Source: the human T2T-CHM13v2.0 reference genome, Homo sapiens
Length of the DNA stretch: 64,000 nt
NCBI RefSeq assembly: GCF_009914755.1
Contig: NC_060926.1
Reading direction: 5' to 3' (one strand)
Positions 42,294-57,033 of this stretch are shown here, in pieces. The first letter of the stretch is position 1. The number at the start of each line of letters is the position of its first letter. A program made the translations under genes and the position numbers. The notes beneath the pieces are model-generated. The model was not told the origin of the DNA, ran no database searches, and saw only the letters and a program-made list of their open reading frames with translations.

Positions 42294-42694
42294 TTTAAAT
42301 ATGAAATCTCAATATTAGCAATCATTCTATTGATTGAAAAAGCAAACTATATACAGTTTTGTGCATAGGGATGTTTATTGCAGCATTGATTTCAAGAGAA
42401 AACAAATGGAAAGAATCTAAATGCCTGTGAGTAATGAAATGGCTAAATATAGCATATTTGACCATGAATTATGAGACAACTATTGTCAAAGATGAACTTA
42501 ATTCTCTATGTTTATAGCTGGAAAAGCATGCAAATATATTATGAAATAAAACAAGTAATTTTCCTGTAAAGAAAAAAAAAAGCAAGAGGAAAAGGGAAAA
42601 ATGGTGGTAGGCTGACCTACATACGTTCATCCATCCACATCTGTATTTAAGCAAAGAGCATTTACATATGCATAATTTTTGCCCACAAGGATTA

Positions 42695-42931
42695 GCAGAG
42701 TAGTTAAGATCCTGGGCTCTGCAGCTGGTCCTTTGTGTTGGAATTCTGACAGTGGCACTCATTCATTGCAGAACCTTAGGCAGCTTTCAACTTCTCTGTG
42801 CCTCAGTTTTCTCACTTGTGAAACAAGAATAAGGATAGTGCTGACCTCAGTGTAGTATTTTGAGGATTAAATGAGCTAAGCTATGTTCCCAGCACCTTGT
42901 AAGTGCTGTATGAATGGTTGTACTTATTATT
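42695..42931 (+). mobile_element. MIR
   Basis: 'ctctgtgcctcagttttctcacttgtgaaac...tgaggattaaatgagcta'. Confidence 0.8.
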
Positions 42932-44438
42932 AATTGATTAAATATTCAAGTTATTTATTATTTCAGGAATTACTATTAAGTATTATTTTAATAGGTTGAT
43001 GAGAGAAGGGGGTAGCTGGCTATTAACTATTTTTTAAATATATTACTACGGTTTTCAAACTTTTTCAATGAATACAATTTACTTTTGTAACTGAAAAAAA
43101 CCATAAAATGTGGAGAAGAGACCACCAACAGTAGCAAGCATGAGAACGCTTCTGGGAAAAGCTGAGTTCCTAGGCAGATGGATAAATCTGTGGCAGCTTT
43201 TGATATTTCTCAAAACAGAGCATTAAAATGAGTCACAGCCTCTCGCATAGCTTTTTATCTTTCCTAAATTGGAATCCTTATCATTCTTACAAAGAATTAC
43301 CAGCAATAACATGCTCATTTCCTGGCATAATAATTAGAAACCCAAATAAATGAGTATTTTTATTTCCCAAACGCTTGGGCCTGGTATGTGAGCCCTGAGC
43401 CACAATTCTTGACTCCAGGGTGACGTGGCCACTGGGGTGGCAGTCAGAGTCAGACCACCCTGACACGACCTCATCTGTGTTATTGGTGATTCACTGCACC
43501 TGACAAAACCTCGTCTTGGGCACTCATTCCCTCCTCACAGGAACTGCTGTGAGGATGTAATGACAAGATACATGTGCAACTACTCTTCGCGGGTTGCTTG
43601 GCACAGAGAACTCACACAAATACGATAAAGACGATGATGGTGGTGGCTGATTTGCAGGATTGAATGGCATGTCAAAAATAGTAGATGTGGCTAAATAAAT
43701 AATTGAAAACTCTCATAATTCAAAAACTTCATATAAGAGGAAAAGACAAATGAAACATTTTAAAAGACCTTTAACAAACCACTTTTACATGCCAATACCA
43801 GTAGATAGTATGCAAAATAACACTAATAGAAGAAACATACAGTTGGTTGATTAAAGCAGTAGAGAAATGCTTCATCCCCACTCTCCAAACAGCCTTATTG
43901 GTAAATTTTTCCAAACCTACCACCTCTTTGCAGCCCATTCCTTAGCTGTCCCCTAAGAGAAGTAGATAATTCTGGCCAGTCCATTTCAGAAAAGTAAACT
44001 CTGGGATCTCAGCTCACCTGTCCCCTTTTCTGTTTTGGGAACCACATGCCTGCAGGAGCGATCCACCTCTGCTCCTTTATGCTGAGTCTCCCAGGCAGTT
44101 CCCACACCAAGGAAGGCCGAGCCAGCTCTCTGTCCAGCTGTCAGTCCAGCGAAGTCAGCCTGGGATGGAGAGAGGGGGTGTTGCTGAATTCATAACTCAT
44201 CTAGCAGGCCCAGCTGGCAACCACAGGAGGCTGCAGCCTCTGCCTTTGTTTTATCAAGACTTGAGGTAGTATTTTAGCCCCTTCTGTCCCTCTTCGGCCT
44301 TATTTCTGAAATTGCTGGTTCTGTGGGTAGGGAAAGTAACTGCTGTTCATTGGGTTCCTTTAGAGACTTCAGCCACATCTGCAGAAGATACTCAACTGGA
44401 CTGACAATTAAATAAGGGCACATTAAAACAAAAGTAAG

Positions 44439-44770
<332 letters not shown>

Positions 44771-45307
44771 TCAGGGCAGAACAGGAACAATGGGTACGTT
44801 CACACCTGTCCATGGGGAAACCGCTGCTGCTCATCTGGGAGGCAGTGGGGCCATGACCATAGTGAGCTTTAAAACTGTTTGGATCCTTTGACCTCTTGAT
44901 TTTGCTTCCAGGACTCCACCCCAGCAATCAAGATTCACAAACCACCTTTTCCTTATAGCATGGTTCATAATAGTAAGATTAAAGACAATAGAAATGGCCA
45001 ATAAAAGAAGAATGACTATATAAATTATGGGCCAGCCACAGAATGAAATGTGATGAGGCTATGCAAAAGAGGGCTTATAGAACATTTCATAACGCTTCCG
45101 TAGGTAATGCTATTCAACAACATCGAATATAGCATGATTAGTGAAGTACATATCCAATGGTGCACTTATGATTTGAAAGGAGATGCATGCAAACGCTAAT
45201 GGGATTTATATCATTTATATCTTGAGAGCTGGATTGAGAGTGATTTTTATTTTGCTTCTGTATTTTTTTTAACATTTTCCACATTACCTGCAAAGAGAAC
45301 ATCCTAC

Positions 45308-45655
<348 letters not shown>

Positions 45656-47906
45656 TAAAACACTTTACAATTAACACCATGTGAAATAAGGCCTGTAGAA
45701 ACACAGAAGATAGAGTTGTGGGCCTAGGCTTATTCCTTGGCCTGCCGGGCGGGGAAGGACATCTGAACACTAAAAGGTTCACCTATAAGAAAGAGGAAAA
45801 GTGTCCCAGCAGGAGAAACGGCCTGTGGGGAACACATAGAGATGCGGTGTGAGAGGCAGCTGCCTGGGAGAATTGTTCTCCCATCCCTGTTGCGGCAAAA
45901 TGTTGCTTACAGGCTCAGACACGTGATGCTCTCTCCACGGTCAGGATCTACCTACTAGAAGCTCCTGTTTCACCTGTGCCCTAATTACAGCCACCCCCGC
46001 GCCCTTCTCCACCATCACCTGAGTCAAGTGCCTACACCTCTCTGTTCCCTACGTTAGGGCCCACGACCAGCTGAGCCTAACATCAAAAGTTCCCTCTGTG
46101 ACCAGAAGAGGGCGCGGTGGTGCAGGATGGGCGTCCCAGGAAGGCCAGGACTTAGGTTCAAATTCCCGTTTTGTCCATTCCTGTAACCTGTGAAGTTCAC
46201 GTGGGTAACATGCGTGTGACAACACCTCATCACGGGGTTCTTGCGAAATCAAATACAACAGTGACATACAAATGGCTTGCAAGCTGAACTCCTGTGACTC
46301 TGAGGGATTACCAACTTCTGTCAATACTTTATTCAGTGTTGAACCCCCAGGTGATGCGTGGCTCACTTTACCTGAACCTTCACCTCCCAGAGAGGTCTTG
46401 GCATCTGCCTGCTTGTAGGGACTGTGGCCCCTGTCCATGCCCTGCTCCTGCCCTTTGAGTTCCAGGGTCTGTCTGCTGTAAAAGCCTGCTGGACTCTGCT
46501 CCTGACTCAGTTTGACCAGCTGGCTGGGCTCTGGTGTGGCCCACAGCCTAGGAGGAAGGATGTTGTGTCCCGGCCAGGTGCTCATGGGCTCAGTGAGCAG
46601 CACTTTGAACTCTAGGCGCAGTAACAAGGGCCTCCCTCATGACCCCTCATGACCAAATGAACCCTCGACTCTGGGGAGTGGTCCTCATCTTGCCACTCTA
46701 TGCCTTTATACCCAGACCCAAATTTCCTCCAGGGCAGTGGTCTGTTCTTACCTGCCTTTCCAAATGCCAGTCTTCCACCCTAAATTCCAGTGTCCATGGA
46801 TGGGGACCCATCACTGCTGTCCAGGTTCCGAGTCACCCTCCTGCCTCCATTTTCACCACATACCCAGCCCAGCCCAAGAGATGGGACCTCTCTGATGGGA
46901 GCTCTCAGGCCTTTGCTTTGACTCTGACTCAGAGCCTCCCCGGACAGTGGTGCAGTGTGTGCACTGCTCACCCCCAGGCAGTGTTGCTCATACTTCAGTC
47001 TATAAAAAGCAAGGCAAGGCCTGAACAGCTGCAAACAGCAGCCCTGCTAGGGCATAGCTTTCCAGCTGTGATCCAGGCATGTGGCCCTGGCTGCTTCATG
47101 AAAGGCCCTGGATCTGAGCCCTGGCCTGGCCTCTTCCAGATGTAAGATGGGGAAGAGCTCAGAATCTCTCTGAACCTCCATTTCCTTAACTGTAAAGTGA
47201 GGGGCTGGATTGCTTGATTTCTAAGCTCAATTATCTAGACATGCCAAAATGTACTATCTACCTGATTCTAGAATCTCTCAAACCTGCCCTAATCTGCCTG
47301 TACCAATGGGCTCTGGAGAATGTCCTGATGTCACCAGATTCATGCCTGAGATGAAAGCCTTAGGATTCAAGAGCCCAGCTCTGTCCTTCTCCAATGCAGC
47401 CTCAAACCTCCTGCTGTTCCTGGCCCCGTGCTAGCATCCCCTTCCCACCATCACAGGATACCCTAAAGGCCCTGATAACAGACATTTCCATATTACTGGG
47501 CTCACGCCTTCATGGTGGACCTCCTGGAGGTGGGCATAGCCCATGCCCAGGTAGAGAGGAGCAGGAAGGCATGGGCATGTTTGGGGAGGTTGAGAGAGAC
47601 CAACCTGGCTGCATCAGATAGAGAGCACCAGTGGCTGGTCTGGCTAGGAATCCAGGTCGGGGCCCTAGAGTGGCCACATTTACTTGCTTTTGCTAAGGTA
47701 ATTTCAGGTTTGGTAAGGCAATGAGTGAAGATCTGTTGGGCAGGTGGTCTCTTGGTGCCCTGTAATCACGTACTTGAGTCTGCCTCCCTCATCTCACCCC
47801 AGTGGTGACTCATAAATCAACACCAAAGCCAGTTACGCTGCCATCCGGCAGAACTCGTGCCCCAGACACCTTGGGAGGAAGTGGAGCCAGAAGTGAGAAC
47901 ACTCTC

Positions 47907-48710
47907 TGAGGGTGAAAAAACTCCAACAGTTCTTCTGTTCTCACGCCGCGCCACAACAATCAACACAGAAGGCTTCTACGACCAAATGTGTGGGGATTTC
48001 TCCCCACCACCGAGCAAACTGCCCAGACATGGACACCGGCATGAACTGGGGGTCCTCCAGTTAAGTTCTGACACTCTCTACCTGGAGACAGCGTCAGATC
48101 CCAGGGGTTGGGGGCTTAGTCCCCCAAGACCACCCCTGACCTTCAGACATCACTCACTAGTACAGGCCTCGGGAACTTCTGACAACCAGCTATAAATTGA
48201 TAAAGACCCCCTCTTTATTAATTTGCTAGGGTGGCTCGCAGAACTCGGGGAAACCCTTAGGTTTACCATAAAGGATGTTACAAAGGATACAGATGAAGAG
48301 ATGGATAGGCGAGGTATAGGGGAAGGGGTGCGGAGCTTCCATGCTCTCCCTGAGTGTGACTCTCTCCGGGAACCTCCATGGGTTCAGCTACCTAGAAATT
48401 CTTAGAACTGTGTCCTTTTGGGTTTTCATGGAAGCTTTGTGACATAGGCAGGATTGGCCATTGATGGTCAACTTAACCTTCAGCTTTTCTCCCCTCCCTG
48501 GAGTTCAGGGTGGGGCTGAAAATCTCAACCCTCTAATCCTGCCTTGGTCTTTCCAATGACCAGCCTCACCCTGAAGCTACCTAGGGGCTGCCAGCCATCA
48601 GCCAACTCATCAGCATTCAAAAGTACATCACTTTGGAGATTCTAAGGATTTTAGGAGGTGTATGTCAGGAAATGGATTCAAAGGCCAAATATTTATCTCA
48701 TAATATCACA
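47907..48710 (-). mobile_element. MER21-family LTR
   Basis: 'acaatcaacacagaaggcttct...ttctgacactctctacctggagacagcgtcagatccca...cataatatcaca'. Confidence 0.8.
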
Positions 48711-48919
48711 CTCCTAAACTCATAGGACACTGGCAAGGACACCAAGCTCAACTCCTCCCCATTTCTGAATCCCTGGGCTCCATGCTGCGCCTATGGCTGC
48801 TGCACAGTTGTTCTGAAGGGGCCCTGGCCTGCATGTGCCTGATGCACACAGCTGGAGGGTGTCCTGCAGAGATGGGACCATTAGCTGGCAGGCATGTGTG
48901 GTGGAGGGGACAGGGGAGC

Positions 48920-49125
48920 ACGTGCCATAGTTCGATTTATTTTTAGGTATGTGGGAGTCACTAAAGGCAGTAAGCAAGGGTGTGATGTAATCAATTGTGC
49001 ATTTTAAAGTGATTGCTCCAGCTGCCTGTGGAGAATGGATTGGAGAAGGGCCAAAGGGCACTCAGGGGCGTCAGCTGGGAGGCTGTGCTACAGTTCCCAG
49101 GAAGGATGTGGCTGCAACAGTGACA
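48920..49125 (-). mobile_element. L2 fragment
   Basis: 'gcattttaaagtgattgctccagctgcctgtggagaatggattggag'. Confidence 0.65.
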
Positions 49126-49960
49126 GAAAACACATAAACAGGGCAATGGACTATAGGGTGTTCGTGCAACCAGACACACCCAGCCAAGAGTATCTCACCT
49201 CCTGCAGGTCAGATGCAGACACCCTCTAACCACTGGCATTTTGGCCTCTGGAATGAGCCTGGTGGTGATAAAGTCTGGAGGGCCACAGGTGACCATATGA
49301 GCCACAGGATGCCTCAAGACCAGAGACATCCTCGCAGAATCAACAAGAGGAGAGCAAAGGACAGGAAGAGACTCAGGCAAAACTTTTGTCTGCACAACCA
49401 ATTCCCATCTTCACCACCTGAACGCCACCCCAGATGACATATATGGGGCTGCTTTTGCCATCCACATGGCTAGGACAGTGTATCTGTAGTTGTCAACAAC
49501 AATCAGAGGACCATATCAATTAAACCAGGAACTTTTCCATGTCGTTTCGACTGAATCATATAAAGGTAGACAACATCGCACTATGTTGGTGCACAGAGCA
49601 CTCTGAAATGATTCATTTTTCGCTCCTTTGAGGCGAAGGCAAACCTACAAGCAGAACAAACCGCATCCGGAGAGGAAGTGATAAAGCTCAGAGGAGCAGC
49701 AAGAATAACCATGGCGACAATCTTGCAATTTAGAGGCTGCAAATAAGAGAGATATTTACTTTGGAAATGCAACTGAAAAAAAGAAAAGCTGCAATGACAA
49801 CAGCATAGCAACAATCTTCTCCTCTGGGCTCAATGAAAAAGAAATGACAAGACAATGAACCATCTCCAGGGGCTGTATGTAAATCCAAGATTTCCTTTTG
49901 ACATAACAGTGTGAAAGATCATCAGTGAGGAAGGTGAATCATTCAGGCTTTTAAAATAGC

Positions 49961-50081
49961 TTTTTATTTTGAGATCTTGTAGATTCACCTGCAGTTGTAA
50001 GAAATATTATATTCTGTGTACTCTTCACCCAGTTTCCCCCAGTGATAACACTTTGCATGAGGAAATTGACATTGAAACAAT
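49961..50081 (-). mobile_element. L1MC/MD 3' end fragment
   Basis: 'gtagattcacctgcagttgtaagaaata...cttcacccagtttcccccagtgataac'. Confidence 0.7.
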
Positions 50082-50504
50082 GGTTCAGTTTTGAGGAAGT
50101 ATCAGATATCAAAGAGATACTTTGTCATGTTTGGATAAAAATGTAACACTTCTGTATTAAAAAAAAAAAACTAAAATTACAAGAAAACCAAACAGGAAAA
50201 AAAAAAAGCTTTTTTATTAATCCTAGCAAGGAGTTTATTCTATACAATGCGTATGTTCACATTTACAAGAAAAACAGTGGCCTTTGAAAATATTTTGATG
50301 GCCTGTAGAGTTATAACCAGAATCACTGCAATGCAGTAATATTTAAAGAAATGTATGAGGCAACACTGGATGAATTTACTGATTGAGATGTCATTGTTTT
50401 GAGGAATTATTGTTTGTGGCCTTTCTGAAATCCTCCATCACTACCTTTTACATTCAGGAACTCATCAGGCCCTTCCAGCATTACATTATAAGAAATATAG
50501 TGTA

Positions 50505-50791
50505 TCATGCCTGTAATTCCAGCACTTTGGGAGGCCGAGGCAGGTGGATCACCTGAGATCAGGAGTTCAAGATCAGCCTGATCAACAGGGTGAAACCTCA
50601 TCTCTACTAAAAATACAAAAAAAATTAGCCAGGCATGGTGGTGGGTGCCTGTAATCCCAGTTACTCAGGAGGCTGAGGCAGGAGAATCACTTGAACCCGA
50701 GAGGCAGAGGTTGCAGTTAGCTGAGATCATACCACCGAACTCCAGCCTGAGCAACAAGAGCTAAAACTGTCTTTAAAAAAAAAAAGAAAGA
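50505..50791 (+). mobile_element. AluSq-like, missing about 16 nt at the 5' end
   Basis: 17-bp TSD AAGAAATATAGTGTATC. Confidence 0.93.
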
Positions 50792-52009
50792 AAGAAATAT
50801 AGTGTATCTTTTTCCTGATTCATTCATTCAACAAATATTTATATACTACTATTGGCCCACTATTTTCTTTAGGGGAAAACAGGAATGGCCCCCCCAGAAA
50901 GCCCTCTGGGGAGCTGAAATTCTAATCCATTATTGGTTTTGTCTCAACTATAATTGCCCTTGTTTAGAATTTCATCATCTTCCAGAGGAGTCGCCCTCTG
51001 TACAGTCTTTCCCCACCCCTCAGTTTATTCTCTGCATTGCTGATCCTTCCTCAACAGACACTGCTAATTATGTCAGGTTTAGGGTCAAAATCCTTCCCGA
51101 GTTTCTATCACTCACGCCCCCGACTTCCACAGGGGGCAGTTCTGAGCTCCTCTGTGGCTCTTAGTCATCCATCCCCTACCTTCCTGTGTACCTCCTCATT
51201 CATCCACCTTCTTCTCTGCCCACACAGCTGGCCCAGGCTTCCTGTCCAGGTGCATGGTCCTCCTGTGCCAGGGGATGAGTTGGGGGCTGGGTTGGGAGGG
51301 CTCCTCTTGCCTTTCTGCCTGAAGAAGCCCTACTCATTAACCTTTAAGTCTAAACATGACCTCTTCTGTTGAATAAAATATAGAAAATTCCATTTAGTGG
51401 GAGATTGCATGGAGATCACCAAATAACTATCTATTGATTGGATTAATGTGCTGTCATTCTATTATGAACAAAGTGATATGTTTGTTTGTTTCAGCATTGT
51501 ATCTTAATGCCTGTGATGCTGTGACAATGTAGCAACAGTGATTTCTTTGGAGTGGTGCGTGGAATCCACTTAGCACTTTGTGTTATTAATCTTTTTTTTT
51601 TTTTTTTGCTGAAAATAAAAGTCATTGTAAAAAATTTAAAAATTAGAAAAAAAATATGGAAAAGAAAACACCAAATATCCAGCGTGTAATATTGCAAGGT
51701 TTGGGCATATTAATATTTTCTTCCCTTTTCCCAGTACTTTTATTTACTCTACGTTGATTACATATACAATTTAAACTTTTGTGGTTGTTTCCACTTAAAG
51801 TATATTAAAATGTTTTAAGCATTTGACACAAGCTGCCAAATGGATTTTCAAATGGATTGTAAAATTTTATTTTCCCAAATCATTAGATATGAAAATGTAT
51901 GGCTTTCCTACCACATCTTCATAATAGCTAGCATTAATTACTAGTTGAAGAGGCAAAATTTGGTATATTTTCTTCACCTTTGTTTTTCTTTGAGTCTTAG
52001 GAAGGTTGA

Positions 52010-52339
<330 letters not shown>

Positions 52340-52688
52340 TAACGTGTTTATATTTCATCTTTCTGAGTTTCCTAAACTTTTTATTTGCCACTTTACTTAA
52401 TGGAATATTCTAGGTTTTCTCATTGATTCATATGAATGATTTATTTGCTAACACTCTAAGTCCTTTCTCAATTTTATTGAGGGAAGAGTGAGGTTTTTAT
52501 AAGCCCATAATTTGCCTTTCATTTATTTTGTAATGCTTGATGTATAATTTTTGTGTGTACTCAAATCTATTCATCTTTTTCTTTTTAATGCCTTCCACTA
52601 CTAAGCTCAGAAAATCTTTACTCCATCCAGAGACCAAGGAGTTATTCTCTCTTAATTTTTTCTATTTTAAAAAATAACTGAGCTCGAA

Positions 52689-52726
52689 GACAGAGCGAGA
52701 CTCTGTCTCAAAAAAAAAAAAAGAAA
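52689..52726 (+). mobile_element. Extremely 5'-truncated Alu (last ~21 nt plus A tail)
   Basis: 'gacagagcgagactctgtctc(A)n' flanked by AAATAACTGAGCTC / AAATAACTCAGTTC. Confidence 0.8.
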
Positions 52727-52867
52727 TAAATAACTCAGTTCTATTCAATCTGCACTTTATTTTGGTGTGTAATAAAGTCAACGTGGATACTTCCCCTCAA
52801 AATCTTGCTCGTCATCCTTGATGGAGAAATCTTTCATTTCTGCATTCATTAGTGACGCCTCTTTTAA

Positions 52868-53211
<344 letters not shown>

Positions 53212-54459
53212 AATACTGAGCAGTTTTTACTGAACAGTCCACTGTTCATTCCATGCAATGCATGACTCTTCTGATGAGCAGCCTTTGCCTGGGAAACCCC
53301 GACCATCCAAGACTGTGGTCTAAGGCTCTTTCTACCCACTCCTTCCTTCCCTCTCACCTGCCAAAGGAGTCAGACTTGTCTCAAGATCTGAAGGCGCTCT
53401 CTGCCTCCTCCTGTCTGCCCCCTCTATCCTCCACTGACATCTTGTCCAATAAATCTCATGTGCATCTCATTCCAATCTTGAGTTCTGCTTCTCAGAGGAC
53501 TCAGACTGATGCACCAACTTTGCTCCAGTTTGTGGAGTTTGGAGCCTTGGTTTATGCGCCCTGTTATGCACTCCAGGATCTCAGGCAAGCCACTGGCATT
53601 CAAGGCAAGAAAGCATGTTCATTTCCAAATAGGGGCCCATGGCTTGCGTTGGCAGTCCTATGCCTGCACTCACACACCATCCCACTCTGTCGCCCCAAAG
53701 GGCAGTTTAGCAAAACCCAAACTTCAAATTTGAACGACTTATTCAAACTAGTATTTCCTAAGGAGATGCTAGGTCTCCTCTCACCCCACCATTCCCTGCA
53801 ACCTGGCACAGCCACACGTGGGGAAGAGATGGTCCACATCGTGGCTGCCGTTCACAGAGGGGCAGCCCCCGCCAAGTCATGCAGACACTGCCCTGTGAGG
53901 GGCAGTGCAAATCTCAGGGGGTAGAGTCCTCATTGACCTGGTCGATGAGGACCCAGGCTTTGATGTTTAACCCATTGCCTGTTTAACGGTGCCCACACTG
54001 AGACAGAAACAATCAAATCTGCAGAGAGTCAGCAACAAGACCAGGACAGGCAGACACATCTAAAATGAATCCCCCAAGAGTCCCCAGTATCCCCTGCTCA
54101 GACATATGGAAGGGAAGAGAGGAAAGGGATTTTTTTATCTCTGCTTTGACTTAATAAATACTCTTAATCTCCCAGGATGAACAACAAGGCTTGTGTAGGT
54201 TACAGAGTTAGAGATTCTAAGCTTGAGGATATCCAGCATTTAGAGGCAATTTCATAAAAGGCACAGCAATGTTTAAAAAAAAAAAGACTTGAAAATGGTA
54301 TGGGGCTGTTTGGTTTTTATATCTTTGGGTTGATAGAATGCCTGGATACTTACGGAATGCCTGCAAGCCCTTGAAGATGCACATATAACTTCAGGGTCCA
54401 TGAGATTCTCAAGTTTATCTGTGGAGGCCTTTGGGAGTCTATGGATCCTGATTTCCTGA

Positions 54460-55004
<545 letters not shown>

Positions 55005-55210
55005 GATCCATTTTTCTTTCAATATTATGTGTATAAATCAAAGCTCACTTTTGGAGGAATTGAGATTAAGGGGTCAAAAGATTTCTTTTGCCTTAAAAAA
55101 TATATATACTGCACTCCTAAACTGTTTGAAGTATATTAAATAGCAAATATGTTACTTTTTAAATAAGTGTCTAAACAAGTGAACTTGTTGAAAAGAAAGA
55201 AGTATTTTCT

Positions 55211-55523
<313 letters not shown>

Positions 55524-55799
55524 TCATAACTCTGACCTAATCTTATATCTTTCATGACATAAAGCAGTGGACTAAAGCAGCCACTGTGTCTCTAATTCTC
55601 AACCATTCAGCCCAGAGCAAACAGACTGGCTGCAGACATCTGTCCACCGTGACTTCCAACGCTCCTTCCACACTCAGCTCTTCATCTGCTCTGTAACTGC
55701 TTCTTCCTCAAGGGCCACTGCTTGGCCACCTACCTCACCGGCTGACATGGCCGAGGACGGTTGAATGTCAGGAGGGCCTCTGCTTTACAGAGCTGGGAT

Positions 55800-55883
55800 T
55801 CCCTGGGACACTCTGAAGTCCTGTCCTGTCACCAAGACACTCCCTGGGCCACTCTGAAGTCCTGTCCTGTCACCAAGACACTC
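55800..55883. repeat. 41-bp tandem duplication
   Basis: 'tccctggg(a/c)cactctgaagtcctgtcctgtcaccaagacac' twice, one mismatch. Confidence 0.92.
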
Positions 55884-56359
55884 AATTTCTCAGCAGCAAA
55901 AGCCCCTGCCTGTTGTTGAAGACTCATTTCTTCATTCAGTACTTATTAATTCGAACATTTAATCAGCATATATTTATAAAGTACCTAATGAATAGGAAGT
56001 TCTGTAGAAACAGAAATTAGCTGTAAAAGGTAAATAGAAAATCCATCCAGCTACAAATGAAGAAAGCCTGCTCCTGACAGCCACTGTACTAACAATTCTA
56101 GGAAAAGGGGTGTTTCTCACTAGAAGTCAAAGAAATGCAAATTGAAATAACGATGAGTTGACATTTTCGTTTGTCAACCATTAAAATAAAGTTATAAAAC
56201 TCAATGCCAGTGAAGGTATGATAAGTTAGGCTAGCAATTTCTATTCACTGTGGGAGACCAGGTATCAATTCTGGTGTGGCAGGCTAACTCAGTAAGATAT
56301 TAATTTGTATTTTGCTCCCTCTGTATTTTTTTCTTTCTCCTTCAAATAAGGTAGCCAGA

Positions 56360-57033
56360 CTGTATTGGTGTGTCACAAATTACCACCAAAACAGCCACAT
56401 AAGACAAAACCCATATATTAGCTCACAGATTTGTTGGTCAGAAGCCCAGGTAGGGCTCAGCTCTGTTCTCTGCTCAGGGTTGTACAAGACTGAGTTCAGG
56501 GCCGGGCGAGGTGGCTCACGCCTGTAATCCCAGCACTTTGGGAGGCTGAGGTGGGTGGATCACGAGGTCAGGAGATAAAGACCATCCTGGCTAACATGGT
56601 GAAACCTTGTATCTACTAAAAATACAAAAAAATTAGCCGGGTGTGGTGGCGGGTGCCTGTAATCCCAGCTACTCGGGAGGCTGAGGCAGGAGAATGGTGT
56701 GAACCTGGGAGGCTGAGCTTGCCTCACTGAGCTTGCAGTGAGCTGAGACCACGCCACTGCACTTCAGCCTGGGCAAGGAGTGAGACTCTGTTTCAAAAAA
56801 AAAAAAAAAAAAAAAAAAGACTGAGATCAGGGTGTCTGCCATCTTCAACTCACACATGCGGCCCTGGGAGAGAATCTACTTCCAAGCTCATTAAGGTTCT
56901 TGGCAGAACTTCCTTCCTTGTGCTGCAGGACTGAGGCCCCTGTTTCCCTGAGGACTGTCAGCCAGGGGCCACCCTCAGCTCCTAGAGGCTGCCGTTTCCT
57001 TGTCCTGTGACCCCTCAGTCTCCAAAGCCAGCA
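56360..57033 (-). mobile_element. MLT1E-like LTR split by AluY
   Basis: 'acaaattaccac...tattagctcacag...gaatctacttccaagctcatt...ggactgaggccc...ctcagctcctagaggc'. Confidence 0.7.
56500..56817 (+). mobile_element. AluY with a 14-nt internal insertion
   Basis: TSD AAGACTGAG(T/A)TCAG. Confidence 0.93.

Noticed and set aside
46049-47145. Divergent 192-aa and 168-aa ORFs
   Set aside because: No recognisable homology, partial overlap with MIR-like relics, and lengths achievable by chance in moderately GC-rich DNA.
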